Assembly (NCBI GenBank): GCA_041742355.1
Contig: JBGSIV010000092.1
Span: 1-21,026, forward strand
Direction of reading: 5' to 3'
DNA from: Candidatus Zixiibacteriota bacterium
GTDB taxonomy: Bacteria > Zixibacteria > MSB-5A5 > GN15 > FEB-12
DNA: 21,026 bases
A program made the position numbers and the translations under genes. Within the stretch, counting starts at the first letter, position 1. The number at the start of each line of letters is the position of its first letter. The notes beneath the pieces were generated by a model. It had not been told where the DNA came from, ran no database searches, and saw nothing but the letters and a program-made list of their open reading frames with translations. Positions 1-7,939 of the stretch are shown here, piece after piece.

Positions 1-1520
1 TTGCCGCCCGGGGCCGCATTGGCCGCCCAGATGCCGGCGGTCTGGTACCGCTCGAGCCATGCGGCCGCCTGACGCGGATTCCTCTCGCACTCGCTCGCGA
101 TCAGCTTGTCATAAGCACCCCCGTGGCGCTCTGAAAATGCCGCCCGCATATCGACCGGCGGAAGCTGGGAACGGAGCGCCGTCAGAAGCTCGGCGGCCCG
201 CCGCCAGTGTTCGACAGCCGACTTCCGGCGTCCCTTGCGGGCATCGCGATCCCCCAGGAGTGTCATGTACTGGGCACGAACATGCGGCATCACGCGAACC
301 GCCCGATTGGTCGACAGCCGGCGGCGCGCCTCAGTATGATCGGGTCGGTCGTTCAGCAACTCCAGATCGCACAGCGCCTCCCAGAGCGGCAACCGCCCCA
401 CGGGCATACGATTCCGAAGACGGACAATGGCGCGTACGCGGTCCTCCCCGGAACGCCGCGTCAGCGCCTCGGCGACACGCACAGCCGCCAGAAATCCATC
501 GTTCCCCTCCCGGCGGAATCCTTCCTCCGCCTTCCGCAAAGCCACGCGGCTCTCCCGGACCCGCCCAAGTGCCATCAGCGCCCGGCCGAGGAAGAAGGCC
601 GCTTTGGCCCCTTCATATCGGAGTCCAAGGGCCTTGGCCCGCCGCCCGGCCCGACGAGCGGTGTCGCGGGCATCGGGGAGCAGGTTCAGGCTCAAATACG
701 TTTCTGCCCGGTCGAGCACACACAGGAGATGTTCGCGTTCCTGACCGGCTTGAAGGTAGTAATCTTCACACTCCGCCAACTCCTGCAGGGCGATATGAAA
801 CTGCCCCTCGAGCATGTGCAGCCAGGCCAGCCCGTAGAGGCAGCCGATCGCCCGCAGGGTGTGGGCATGCCGGTCGAAGATCGTGCGGGCCGATGAATAG
901 AGCTCCTCTGCCGCCGGAAAAGAGAAGAGCTGGACGAGAGTATTGGCTTCGTTGTACCGACAAAAGGCCGCCGCCAGTTCGTTCCCCTGTCCATCGAAGA
1001 ACGCGCCGGCCCGGTGATAGAGCTGCTGCGCCTCCGGGTGACGATCCATTCGGTGCAGGACATTAGCGTAGTTGACCTCTGTCTTGGCCAGATCGGCGTC
1101 GGCGTTTCGCCGCCGAAAAACCGCCATCGCCTGCCGCCCCCGCCGCAGCGCTTCGGTGTGCCGACCCATGTACATAAAGACATCGATCAAAATGCGGTCG
1201 ATCCGGGCGCGGACGAGAGGATCACGGGTCAATTGCCTCGCCTCGAGGTAGCACGTTGCCGCCGGTTCATATTTGGCCGCCACGACATAGGCCCAGCCGA
1301 GCGCGCGCAGTGCTGTCAACACCATCGATCCGCCCTGCACACGGGCCCGCCGGACAAACTGCTTCCCGAGACGCACTGCGCGCGGGGCGGACAGCTCGGT
1401 CTCCTGCCGAATCAGCCGATCACAGGCTGCCGCCAGATCTCCGGGCGGCATACCCGCCACCTTCCCCGTGCCGAGAAAGCGAAGGATCGCAGCCCCGGGA
1501 TCAACGTCGGTCGTTACCAT
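1..1520 (-). CDS. TPR-repeat protein, probable N-terminal part of a TPR-CHAT (caspase-like) protease; 3' end lies outside the window
   Basis: Manual translation from the ATG at 1520, which overlaps the upstream TAA (ATGGTAA), gives 506 codons with no stop down to base 1 (MVTTDVDPGAAILRFLG...). It has repeated TPR-like helix pairs (ALRALGWAYVVAAKYEPAATCYLEAR; LAKTEVNYANVLHRMDRHPEAQQLYHRA; AAFCRYNEANTLVQLFSFPAAEELYSSAR; CVLDRAETYLSLNLLPDARDTARRA). These are followed by AAELLTALRSQLPPVDMRAAF...AYDKLIA...AAAWLERYQTAG, resembling the TPR-to-CHAT linker. The catalytic domain itself is not visible. Confidence 0.8.
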   Translation of the reverse strand, partial: MVTTDVDPGAAILRFLGTGKVAGMPPGDLAAACDRLIRQETELSAPRAVRLGKQFVRRARVQGGSMVLTALRALGWAYVVAAKYEPAATCYLEARQLTRDPLVRARIDRILIDVFMYMGRHTEALRRGRQAMAVFRRRNADADLAKTEVNYANVLHRMDRHPEAQQLYHRAGAFFDGQGNELAAAFCRYNEANTLVQLFSFPAAEELYSSARTIFDRHAHTLRAIGCLYGLAWLHMLEGQFHIALQELAECEDYYLQAGQEREHLLCVLDRAETYLSLNLLPDARDTARRAGRRAKALGLRYEGAKAAFFLGRALMALGRVRESRVALRKAEEGFRREGNDGFLAAVRVAEALTRRSGEDRVRAIVRLRNRMPVGRLPLWEALCDLELLNDRPDHTEARRRLSTNRAVRVMPHVRAQYMTLLGDRDARKGRRKSAVEHWRRAAELLTALRSQLPPVDMRAAFSERHGGAYDKLIASECERNPRQAAAWLERYQTAGIWAANAAPGG

Positions 1521-2074
1521 GACACGCTCTCAAAGTGAACTTGTTCGTTCGGCGAAAGCAGCTCGACCGTGCGGGGCGGGCGCGCCGATGACCAGGTGAA
1601 GAACCCATCTTCCCCCGCGAGCAGGCGCTGGCGCCCGGCCTTGAGCGCGAAGTCGGTCACGACACGGCGATCACGGTACACCCGGGCGACAAACTGCCAG
1701 GCGTGGTGACGGCGCTCGCCGACAATCTCTAACGCCAGGTTGAGCGCCGCCAGCCGCAGCCGTCGCACCAGCCCCTCAGGGATATCCCGAACGGCTGCCG
1801 GTCGTTCCCGCCACGAGTCGAACACAACGCGGCCGGCGACCTTCGCGCGTACGCCCTCCGGCGGCGCCAGCAGGGGCGTATTGATCCAGCGACTGATAGC
1901 GTCCTCCGACGGTGCAACAAAGTCAACACTGCCGGCCAAAGGAAAGCGGCGCACCAACGCGAAGAACTCGCGGCACTCGGCGCATTCCTGCAGGTGTTTG
2001 CCGAGTCGCCCCGGTTCCGAGGTCGCTGCGGCGATCAATTGGGCGCGCGAAGGATGTCTGTCGGACGACTTCAT
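1514..2074 (-). CDS. Soluble zinc-finger (ZAS/zf-HC2-like) putative anti-sigma factor with a beta-rich C-terminal domain, 186 aa
   Basis: Part of track ORF 1514..2329, with the start moved to ATG 2074 (AAGGAAGGG upstream; alternative ATG at 2101) to avoid overlapping the sigma gene. It carries H7...H27xxxC31xxC34 (HPSRAQL...HLQECAEC), has no hydrophobic TM stretch, and lies directly downstream of an ECF sigma gene. Confidence 0.72.
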   Translation of the reverse strand: MKSSDRHPSRAQLIAAATSEPGRLGKHLQECAECREFFALVRRFPLAGSVDFVAPSEDAISRWINTPLLAPPEGVRAKVAGRVVFDSWRERPAAVRDIPEGLVRRLRLAALNLALEIVGERRHHAWQFVARVYRDRRVVTDFALKAGRQRLLAGEDGFFTWSSARPPRTVELLSPNEQVHFESVSW

Positions 2075-2123
2075 AATGGCGGTTCCCTTCCTTTCTGCCA
2101 TAAAGGAGCCGGACCGGCGGGAC

Positions 2124-2678
2124 TTAGTCCACCGTGTAGCCCAGCTCGTCGAGAATTTTCCGTAATCGTTTAAGACAGCGCGAGCGCAGCGGCCCCAGCG
2201 CGTTGGGGGAGAGGCCGAACTGCCGGGCGATCTCCGCGTAGGGGAGAGCGGCCGGCGAAAAAAACAGCAGCCGGACAAGCTCACGACACCGTGGCTCCAA
2301 CCGTCCCAGCGCGACCTCGAGAACCGCACGCTGCTCCAGCCGAAGCACTTCTTCGTCCGGAAGCCGGACCACCCCGGCGGCCTCGGTGTCGTTCTCCACC
2401 TGCTGTCGCGATGACTGCTGCTGACGCATCCGGATCGCCCGCCGCCGCGTCGACTGAATCAGCCAGGCCGGCAGGCGCTCGGGATCCCGCAACTTCACCC
2501 GCGTCCGATAGAGGGCCAGCCAGACCTGCTGGCCGCAGTCCTCCGCGTCGGCAACGCTCAGTCCGGCCCGAAGCGCCACTGTCATTACCAAAGCCGCATA
2601 GCGTCGGACGACCTCGGCCCAGGCCGACCGGTCTCCGTCAATAACGCGTTGCCAGAGAATGTGGATATCGTCAGTCAC
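2124..2678 (-). CDS. ECF-type (sigma-70 family group 4) RNA polymerase sigma factor
   Basis: Region 2: GDRSAWAEVVRRY...DAEDCGQQVWLALY...RLPAWL. Region 4: LEPRCRELVRLLFF...PYAEIARQFGLSPNALGPLRSRCLKRLR. The start is uncertain: GTG 2678 was chosen (TAAGG upstream, gives 184 aa); alternatives are ATG 2750 or 2789. Confidence 0.92.
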   Translation of the reverse strand: MTDDIHILWQRVIDGDRSAWAEVVRRYAALVMTVALRAGLSVADAEDCGQQVWLALYRTRVKLRDPERLPAWLIQSTRRRAIRMRQQQSSRQQVENDTEAAGVVRLPDEEVLRLEQRAVLEVALGRLEPRCRELVRLLFFSPAALPYAEIARQFGLSPNALGPLRSRCLKRLRKILDELGYTVD

Positions 2679-2868
2679 CGTCTGCCTTACGAAAGGATTG
2701 AGCGCCGCGGTATGGCCACCGAAAGAACGCACGGGTGTTCCCTTGCCCATTAATACGAAGCGCGGCGGAAAAGGCAATCCGAAGTACACGTATCGCGAAA
2801 TATATGTTGAAGGAGTGCACGAACCGGCGACGGGACGGCTCTTCTATGAAGTCGTGCCGCGCCCGGCC

Positions 2869-4230
2869 TCAGAAGCTCAGCGTGAAACAGGTCCGCTCAT
2901 CCGGCGTCGATCGGACCGTGATATTCCCGGCGTGCAGCCGCATGATCTGGCGGGCCAGCGCCAGGCCGATCCCCGTGCCCCCCTTCTTCGTCGTGAAGAA
3001 CGGTATGAACACCTTGTCCAGCGCGCTTTCGGCAATTCCGGCCCCATTGTCGATTACCTCAATCAGGGTCTTGCCGCTCCGATCAATCCAGACTCGCACT
3101 ACTATAGTGCCGTCGTTGCGGCCGTCGAGCGCCTGAATCGAATTCAGCACGAGGTTGATCAGCACCTGCTCGATCAAATCGGGATCGACCGCCAGCTCCA
3201 GTTCGGACGGGTCGATTTCACTCGTGAACCTGATATTCCCCGCCTGCAACCGGCTCTCAAGAAGGCAGCGCACACGCCCGATCAACTCGCCCGCACCCAC
3301 GAACCGAAACTGCGGCGCCGGGATCTTCGTCAGGTTTCGGTAGGCTTCGACAAAATGCAGCAACCCCTGGCTGCGCTTCTCGATTGTCGTCAAAGCCGCC
3401 GTCAGATCGGTTGCCACCTCCGGGTTGATCGCACCGTTCGCCTGGTACTCCGGCGTGGCCATCTCCCGCTCGACCAGATTGTTGACCGACCCGGCCAGCG
3501 AGGCTATCGGTGTGATCGAATTCATGATCTCGTGGGTGAGCACCCGGATGAGGTTCTGCCACGCCGCCATTTCCTGCTCGGCCAGCTCCGAACCGATGTT
3601 CTGGATCGAAACAAGCATCAGCGAGTCCGAGTCCCGCCGAATCTTGGTGGCGTGAACCGCCAGCTGCAGCGTGTCATAGTCTCCCGTCACCTTCACCAGC
3701 GCTCGCTTGCCCGCCTCCAGGCCGCGCAGCGTTTCGGGAAGCGAGGGTTCCAGCTCCTCCAGACGATCGATATTCCGCAGAAAGTTGATATTGAGAATCC
3801 GCTTGGCCGCGTGATTGATCAGCTCCACATCCCCGTTGTCGCGAAACGCAATGACCCCGACGCCGATATGCTCCACGAGCGTCTGCAGGTAACGGTACTG
3901 CTCCTCTTTCTCAGCACGCGCCTTGCGGAAATCGTCGGCCACTTCCATAAACGCCGCCGAAAGCCCCTCGAACGACCGCCCTAATCCCAGCGTGACGAAC
4001 GATTGCGAAAAGTCCTGGTGGCGGATTGCTTCCAGGAACCGCGTCAACTGCTGATTGGTGCGCTCGACAAACCGGATCAACAGCCAGATCTGGTACAACA
4101 CCAGCGCCACCAGCAGCACCGAGGTCGCCACGAGCGAGGTGCCGACCAGTGCGTACCCGCACAGGGCCATAGTCAGCGCGAGGAGGACCACGCGCACGAT
4201 CACTTGAAACCGAAAGTGCCTAAAGGCCAT
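2869..4230 (-). CDS. Sensor histidine kinase (two N-terminal TM helices, PAS-like region, HisKA, HATPase_c)
   Basis: H-box VLTHEIMNSITPI, N-box EQVLINLVLNS, G1 DNGAGI, F-box FIPFFTTK, G2 GTGIGLAL. Overlaps the regulator's 3' end by 11 bp. Confidence 0.95.
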   Translation of the reverse strand: MAFRHFRFQVIVRVVLLALTMALCGYALVGTSLVATSVLLVALVLYQIWLLIRFVERTNQQLTRFLEAIRHQDFSQSFVTLGLGRSFEGLSAAFMEVADDFRKARAEKEEQYRYLQTLVEHIGVGVIAFRDNGDVELINHAAKRILNINFLRNIDRLEELEPSLPETLRGLEAGKRALVKVTGDYDTLQLAVHATKIRRDSDSLMLVSIQNIGSELAEQEMAAWQNLIRVLTHEIMNSITPIASLAGSVNNLVEREMATPEYQANGAINPEVATDLTAALTTIEKRSQGLLHFVEAYRNLTKIPAPQFRFVGAGELIGRVRCLLESRLQAGNIRFTSEIDPSELELAVDPDLIEQVLINLVLNSIQALDGRNDGTIVVRVWIDRSGKTLIEVIDNGAGIAESALDKVFIPFFTTKKGGTGIGLALARQIMRLHAGNITVRSTPDERTCFTLSF

Positions 4231-5617
4231 ACTTCTGTATGCGTCGGTAGAGGGAAGTCCGCGTCAACCCCAGTTCCCGGGCGGCATGGCTCAGGTTACC
4301 GTCGTGCTTGGCCAGCACCTTTCGAATAACCGTCCGCTCCACTTCCTCCAGATGCAGTTCCTTGAACACCAGCCCCGTGTTCTTGTCAGTCGGCCCATAC
4401 AGGAGGAAATCGCCGGGGGAGAGGACATTCCCGTCGGTCATGATCACCGCCCGCTCAATCGCATGCTGCAACTCGCGGACATTCCCCGGCCAGGCATAGT
4501 GCTCCAGCCGCTTGACCGTCCCCGCCGACAGCCGCTTGACCGTCTTGTGGTAGCGCCGGCAGTAGACCTTCAGAAAGTGGTCGGCCAGCGGCGCAATGTC
4601 CTCAATCCGCTCCCGTAGCGGCGGGAGCTGTATCTGGATCGTATTGATGCGGTAGAGCAAATCCTGGCGAAATCGCTGCTGCTGGACCATCTCATGAATC
4701 GGCATGTTCGTGGCGCTGATCAGCCGAATGTCAATCGCCGCCGCCCGGTTTGAACCGAGCCGCGTCACCGTCCGCTCTTGCAGCACCGTCAGCAGTTTCG
4801 CCTGCAGCCGCGGCGGCAGGTTGCCGATCTCGTCCAGGAACAGCGTCCCGCCCGAGGCCAGCTCAAACCGCCCCGCCCGGTCCTCCCGGGCATCGGTAAA
4901 CGCCCCTTTCGCATGCCCGAACAGCTCGCTCTCAAACAGCGTGTCGCTCACCGCCCCCATGTCAACCCCGACAAAGATCTGCCCCGCCCGTTGCGACTGA
5001 CGATGCAGCGCCCGCGCCACCAGCTCCTTGCCCGTGCCGTTCTCGCCGAGGATCAGCACATTGGCCTCCGTCGGCGCCACCCGTTCAATCGTATCGAACA
5101 CTTGCCGCATCGCCGGAGAGACCCCGATAAACTCGCAGAACGGCTGATCGAGCGTCTCCACCAGGTGCTGCTGACGTTCCGTCAGCACTCGCGCCTGCTC
5201 ATTCGACCGCCGCAGCTTCATCGCCGCCGACAACGTCGCCAGCAGCTTCTCGTTCTGCCACGGCTTGAGCACAAAGTCCGTCGCCCCCGCCTTTATCGCC
5301 CGCACCGCCAGATCGACATCGCCAAACGCCGTGAAGAGCACGATCACTGCCGACGGATCAATGGCCAGCGTCCGCTCCAGCCAGAAGAACCCCTCCTCGC
5401 CGCTCGACACATCGCGCGCGAAATTCATGTCCAGCAGGATCACATCGTACCGCTCGTTCTGCAGAAGCGCAGGGAGACGCTCCGGGCGCGTTTCGGTGTG
5501 AACCAGGGCAAAGTGCTGCTTCAGAAGCAGCCGGGCGGCTTGCAGCACGTCCTCGTCGTCATCGACAACGAGCACGCGGCCAGTCTTCTCCGAAGCTGAT
5601 ACCGGCTTGTCGCTCAT
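4220..5617 (-). CDS. NtrC-family sigma54-dependent response regulator (REC-AAA+-Fis HTH)
   Basis: REC: VLVVDDD, LLDMNF, TAFG, FVLKPW. AAA+: Walker [24 protein letters not shown], Walker [49 protein letters not shown]. Start is ATG 5617 (GGGA upstream) or 5629. Confidence 0.96.
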   Translation of the reverse strand: MSDKPVSASEKTGRVLVVDDDEDVLQAARLLLKQHFALVHTETRPERLPALLQNERYDVILLDMNFARDVSSGEEGFFWLERTLAIDPSAVIVLFTAFGDVDLAVRAIKAGATDFVLKPWQNEKLLATLSAAMKLRRSNEQARVLTERQQHLVETLDQPFCEFIGVSPAMRQVFDTIERVAPTEANVLILGENGTGKELVARALHRQSQRAGQIFVGVDMGAVSDTLFESELFGHAKGAFTDAREDRAGRFELASGGTLFLDEIGNLPPRLQAKLLTVLQERTVTRLGSNRAAAIDIRLISATNMPIHEMVQQQRFRQDLLYRINTIQIQLPPLRERIEDIAPLADHFLKVYCRRYHKTVKRLSAGTVKRLEHYAWPGNVRELQHAIERAVIMTDGNVLSPGDFLLYGPTDKNTGLVFKELHLEEVERTVIRKVLAKHDGNLSHAARELGLTRTSLYRRIQKYGL

Positions 5618-5712
5618 CGATCGTCCCATATGCGCGTGTACGCGCGACAGTGGAGGGAAGTTTCCAGTAAGTTCTTATTCCGGCTACAGATACACAAGCC
5701 AAATCGCGTCAA

Positions 5713-5753
5713 AAGTGTCCGAAAACGAACACTTGGTGTACGCCTGCGGATGA
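5713..5753. promoter_or_regulatory. Two tandem palindromic enhancer-like sites, probable binding sites of the divergent sigma54 activator
   Basis: AAGTGTCCG-AAAA-CGAACACTT (5713-5734, one mismatch) and GTGTACG-CCTG-CGGATGA (5736-5753). The sites are offset by 21 bp and lie about 80-120 bp upstream of the predicted sigma54 start site. Confidence 0.6.
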
Positions 5754-5784
5754 ATTGCCACCCAAATCCGTCGCATGCGACAGC

Positions 5785-5794
5785 TAACCCGTTG
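5785..5794 (-). promoter_or_regulatory. IHF-like DNA-bending site core
   Basis: The minus strand reads CAA-CGGG-TTA, the core of WATCAANNNNTTR, located between the enhancer-like sites and the -24/-12 box. The WAT part does not match. Confidence 0.3.
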
Positions 5795-5804
5795 CCACAC
5801 AACA

Positions 5805-5821
5805 TTGGCACACCATTTGAT
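5805..5821 (+). promoter_or_regulatory. Sigma54 (-24/-12) promoter of the transporter operon
   Basis: TTGGCAC-ACCAT-TTGAT versus consensus TGGCAC-N5-TTGCW. Spacing is correct, with GA instead of GC at -12. It is adjacent to a divergent sigma54 activator gene. Confidence 0.75.
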
Positions 5822-5835
5822 ATACAAATAGTCAT

Positions 5836-7143
5836 ATGCAATACCCTGTCGACAAAGAACCGGCCGGCAACTTGGACCTCCCCCAGTCCGGCATGGACCG
5901 AATCATCCCCCGGAAGAAGTGGACGCGCAAACGCCTCCTCTGGTGGGGGGGAAGCACGTGTGTCATACTCGCCGCCGTCGCTCTCTTCTTGTTTGCCGAC
6001 ACCCGCTCGTCCCTCAATGTCGAACAGGAGAAAATCACTGTTGCCGCCGTCGCCCATGCCCCTTTCCTCGAATTCATCCCCATCACCGGCGCGGTGCAGC
6101 CGATCAAGACCGTTTACATGGACGCCCTCGATGGCGGCCGCATCGAAGCGATTTACGTCGAGGAAGGCGCGTTCGTTGAACAGGGCGATTCCCTCCTGCT
6201 TATGGCCAACACAAACGTGCAGATGGAATTGATGTTCCGCGAAGCCGATCTGTACGACCAGATGAACAGCCTGCGGGCAACCCGCCTTGCGATGGAACAG
6301 AACCGGCTCTCCCTGAGCCAGCAGGCGGCCGAAGTTGCCTACCAGATCGGCCTGCAGACGCGCAACTTCGATCGCGCCAAAACGCTCCGGGAGAAGAACC
6401 TCGTCTCCGACGAGGAATTCCGCCGCGCCAAAGAAGACTTCGACTACTGGACCACCCGGCAGACACTCGTCGCCGAAAGCCAGCGTCAGGATTCGATCAT
6501 GCGCCAGCTGCAGATCGAACAACTCGAGCAGTCTATCGTGCGGATGCAGCAGAATGTCTCTATCGTCAAAGAGAAGTTCAACAACCTCGTGCTCCGCGCT
6601 CCGATCAGCGGCCAGCTGTCTTCCCTCAACGCCGAGATCGGCGAACTCAAACCGGCCGGCATCCGCCTCGGCCAGATCGACGTCCTCGACAGCTACAAAC
6701 TCCGCGCCTCCGTCGACGAATACTACGTCAGCCGCGTCGTGACCGGCCTTCTCGGCGACTGCGAAATCGGCGGCGCGTCCTACAAGCTATCCGTCCGAAA
6801 GGTCTTCCCCGAAATCAGGGACAGCCGCTTCGAAATCGACCTCGTCTTCGACGGCCCCACACCACCGACCATCCGCCGCGGCCAGTCGATCCAGATCCGC
6901 CTGGCCCTCGACGAACCCACCACCACCCTCACCATCCCCCGAGGCGGCTTCTACCAGACTACCGGCGGCAACTGGATCTACGTCCTCGACCAATCCGGCG
7001 ACTTCGCCGTCCGACGCCCCATCCGCCTGGGCCGGCAGAACCCCACCACCTATGAAGTGCTTGAGGGCCTCGAACCCGGCGAACGCGTAATAACCTCGTC
7101 GTACGACAACTACGGCGACTTCGAAAAACTGGTACTCAGGTAA
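5836..7143 (+). CDS. Efflux periplasmic adaptor (membrane fusion protein, MacA/HlyD-like)
   Basis: Basic N-terminus plus one TM helix, lipoyl halves (GGRIEAIYVEEGAFVEQGD; LRAPISGQL), long coiled coil, and C-terminal EVLEGLEPGERVI. The start may be ATG 5893 (MDRIIPRKKW), because 5836 is only a few nt from the predicted transcription start. Confidence 0.92.
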   Translation: MQYPVDKEPAGNLDLPQSGMDRIIPRKKWTRKRLLWWGGSTCVILAAVALFLFADTRSSLNVEQEKITVAAVAHAPFLEFIPITGAVQPIKTVYMDALDGGRIEAIYVEEGAFVEQGDSLLLMANTNVQMELMFREADLYDQMNSLRATRLAMEQNRLSLSQQAAEVAYQIGLQTRNFDRAKTLREKNLVSDEEFRRAKEDFDYWTTRQTLVAESQRQDSIMRQLQIEQLEQSIVRMQQNVSIVKEKFNNLVLRAPISGQLSSLNAEIGELKPAGIRLGQIDVLDSYKLRASVDEYYVSRVVTGLLGDCEIGGASYKLSVRKVFPEIRDSRFEIDLVFDGPTPPTIRRGQSIQIRLALDEPTTTLTIPRGGFYQTTGGNWIYVLDQSGDFAVRRPIRLGRQNPTTYEVLEGLEPGERVITSSYDNYGDFEKLVLR

Positions 7144-7166
7144 CCGACACATAAAGGAACCCGGCC

Positions 7167-7892
7167 ATGCCTTCCACCGGAATGTTGCGCGCAGACGTAC
7201 CCATGATCCACACGGCGTCGCTCTGCAAGCTCTATACGACCGAAGAGGTGGAAACCTCCGCCCTCAACAACGTCAACATCGACATTCTCCCCGGCGAATT
7301 CGTCTCCATCATGGGCCCCTCCGGCTGCGGCAAGTCGACCCTCCTGAACATCCTCGGCCTGCTGGACAACCCCTCCTCGGGAAGCTACCGCTTCATGGGC
7401 GCCGAGGTCGCAAAGTTCGGCGAGCGGGAACGGGCCAACCTCCGCAAACGGAACATCGGCTTCGTCTTCCAGAGCTTCAACCTCATCGACGAACTGACCG
7501 TCTTCGAAAACGTCGAACTCCCGCTCCTCTACCTCGGCGTTTCCGCCAGCGACCGAAAGCGGCAGGTCGAGGAAACCCTCGAACGCATGAACCTGATGGC
7601 CCGCCGTAACCACTTCCCGCAGCAACTCTCCGGCGGCCAGCAGCAGCGCGTCGCCGTCTCCCGCGCCATCATCGCCAATCCGTCACTCATCCTCGCCGAC
7701 GAACCCACCGGCAACCTCGACACCGCCCACGGCGACGAAGTCATGAAGCTCCTCACCGACCTGCACGAAGCCGGCACCACCATCGTCATGGTCACGCACT
7801 CGCCCGCCTACGCCGACTACGGCACGCGGACAATCCACCTGCTCGACGGCAAGGTCGTGACCGAAAATATCCTCCGCGCCCACCGCGCGTGA
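7167..7892 (+). CDS. ABC transporter ATP-binding protein (LolD/MacB-type)
   Basis: Walker A GPSGCGKS, Q-loop GFVFQSFNL, signature LSGGQQQRV, Walker B ILADEPTGNLD, H-switch MVTH. AAGGA precedes ATG 7167 (alternative start 7203). Confidence 0.96.
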   Translation: MPSTGMLRADVPMIHTASLCKLYTTEEVETSALNNVNIDILPGEFVSIMGPSGCGKSTLLNILGLLDNPSSGSYRFMGAEVAKFGERERANLRKRNIGFVFQSFNLIDELTVFENVELPLLYLGVSASDRKRQVEETLERMNLMARRNHFPQQLSGGQQQRVAVSRAIIANPSLILADEPTGNLDTAHGDEVMKLLTDLHEAGTTIVMVTHSPAYADYGTRTIHLLDGKVVTENILRAHRA

Positions 7893-7939
7893 GACCGTGA
7901 ACCCGTCCCGGATGGACGGCCAGTGAAAGCAATAGGACT

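Noticed and set aside
59..1538. Plus-strand ORFs 59..1066, 207..896, 427..744, 1014..1538 and minus-strand 692..1183
   Set aside because: Pro/Arg-rich shadow or off-frame ORFs overlapping the TPR gene, with no recognisable motifs.
2075..2329. N-terminal extension of ORF 1514..2329
   Set aside because: It overlaps the sigma gene by about 200 bp in another frame; a good RBS precedes ATG 2074.
2659..5599. Long plus-strand ORFs 2659..3984 and 4778..5599
   Set aside because: Antisense mirrors of the kinase and regulator, as expected in high-GC DNA.
7903..7919. Hairpin CCGTCC-CGGAT-GGACGG between the ATPase and permease 1
   Set aside because: Only a 6-bp stem, with no U-tract and inside an operon; not supportable as a terminator.
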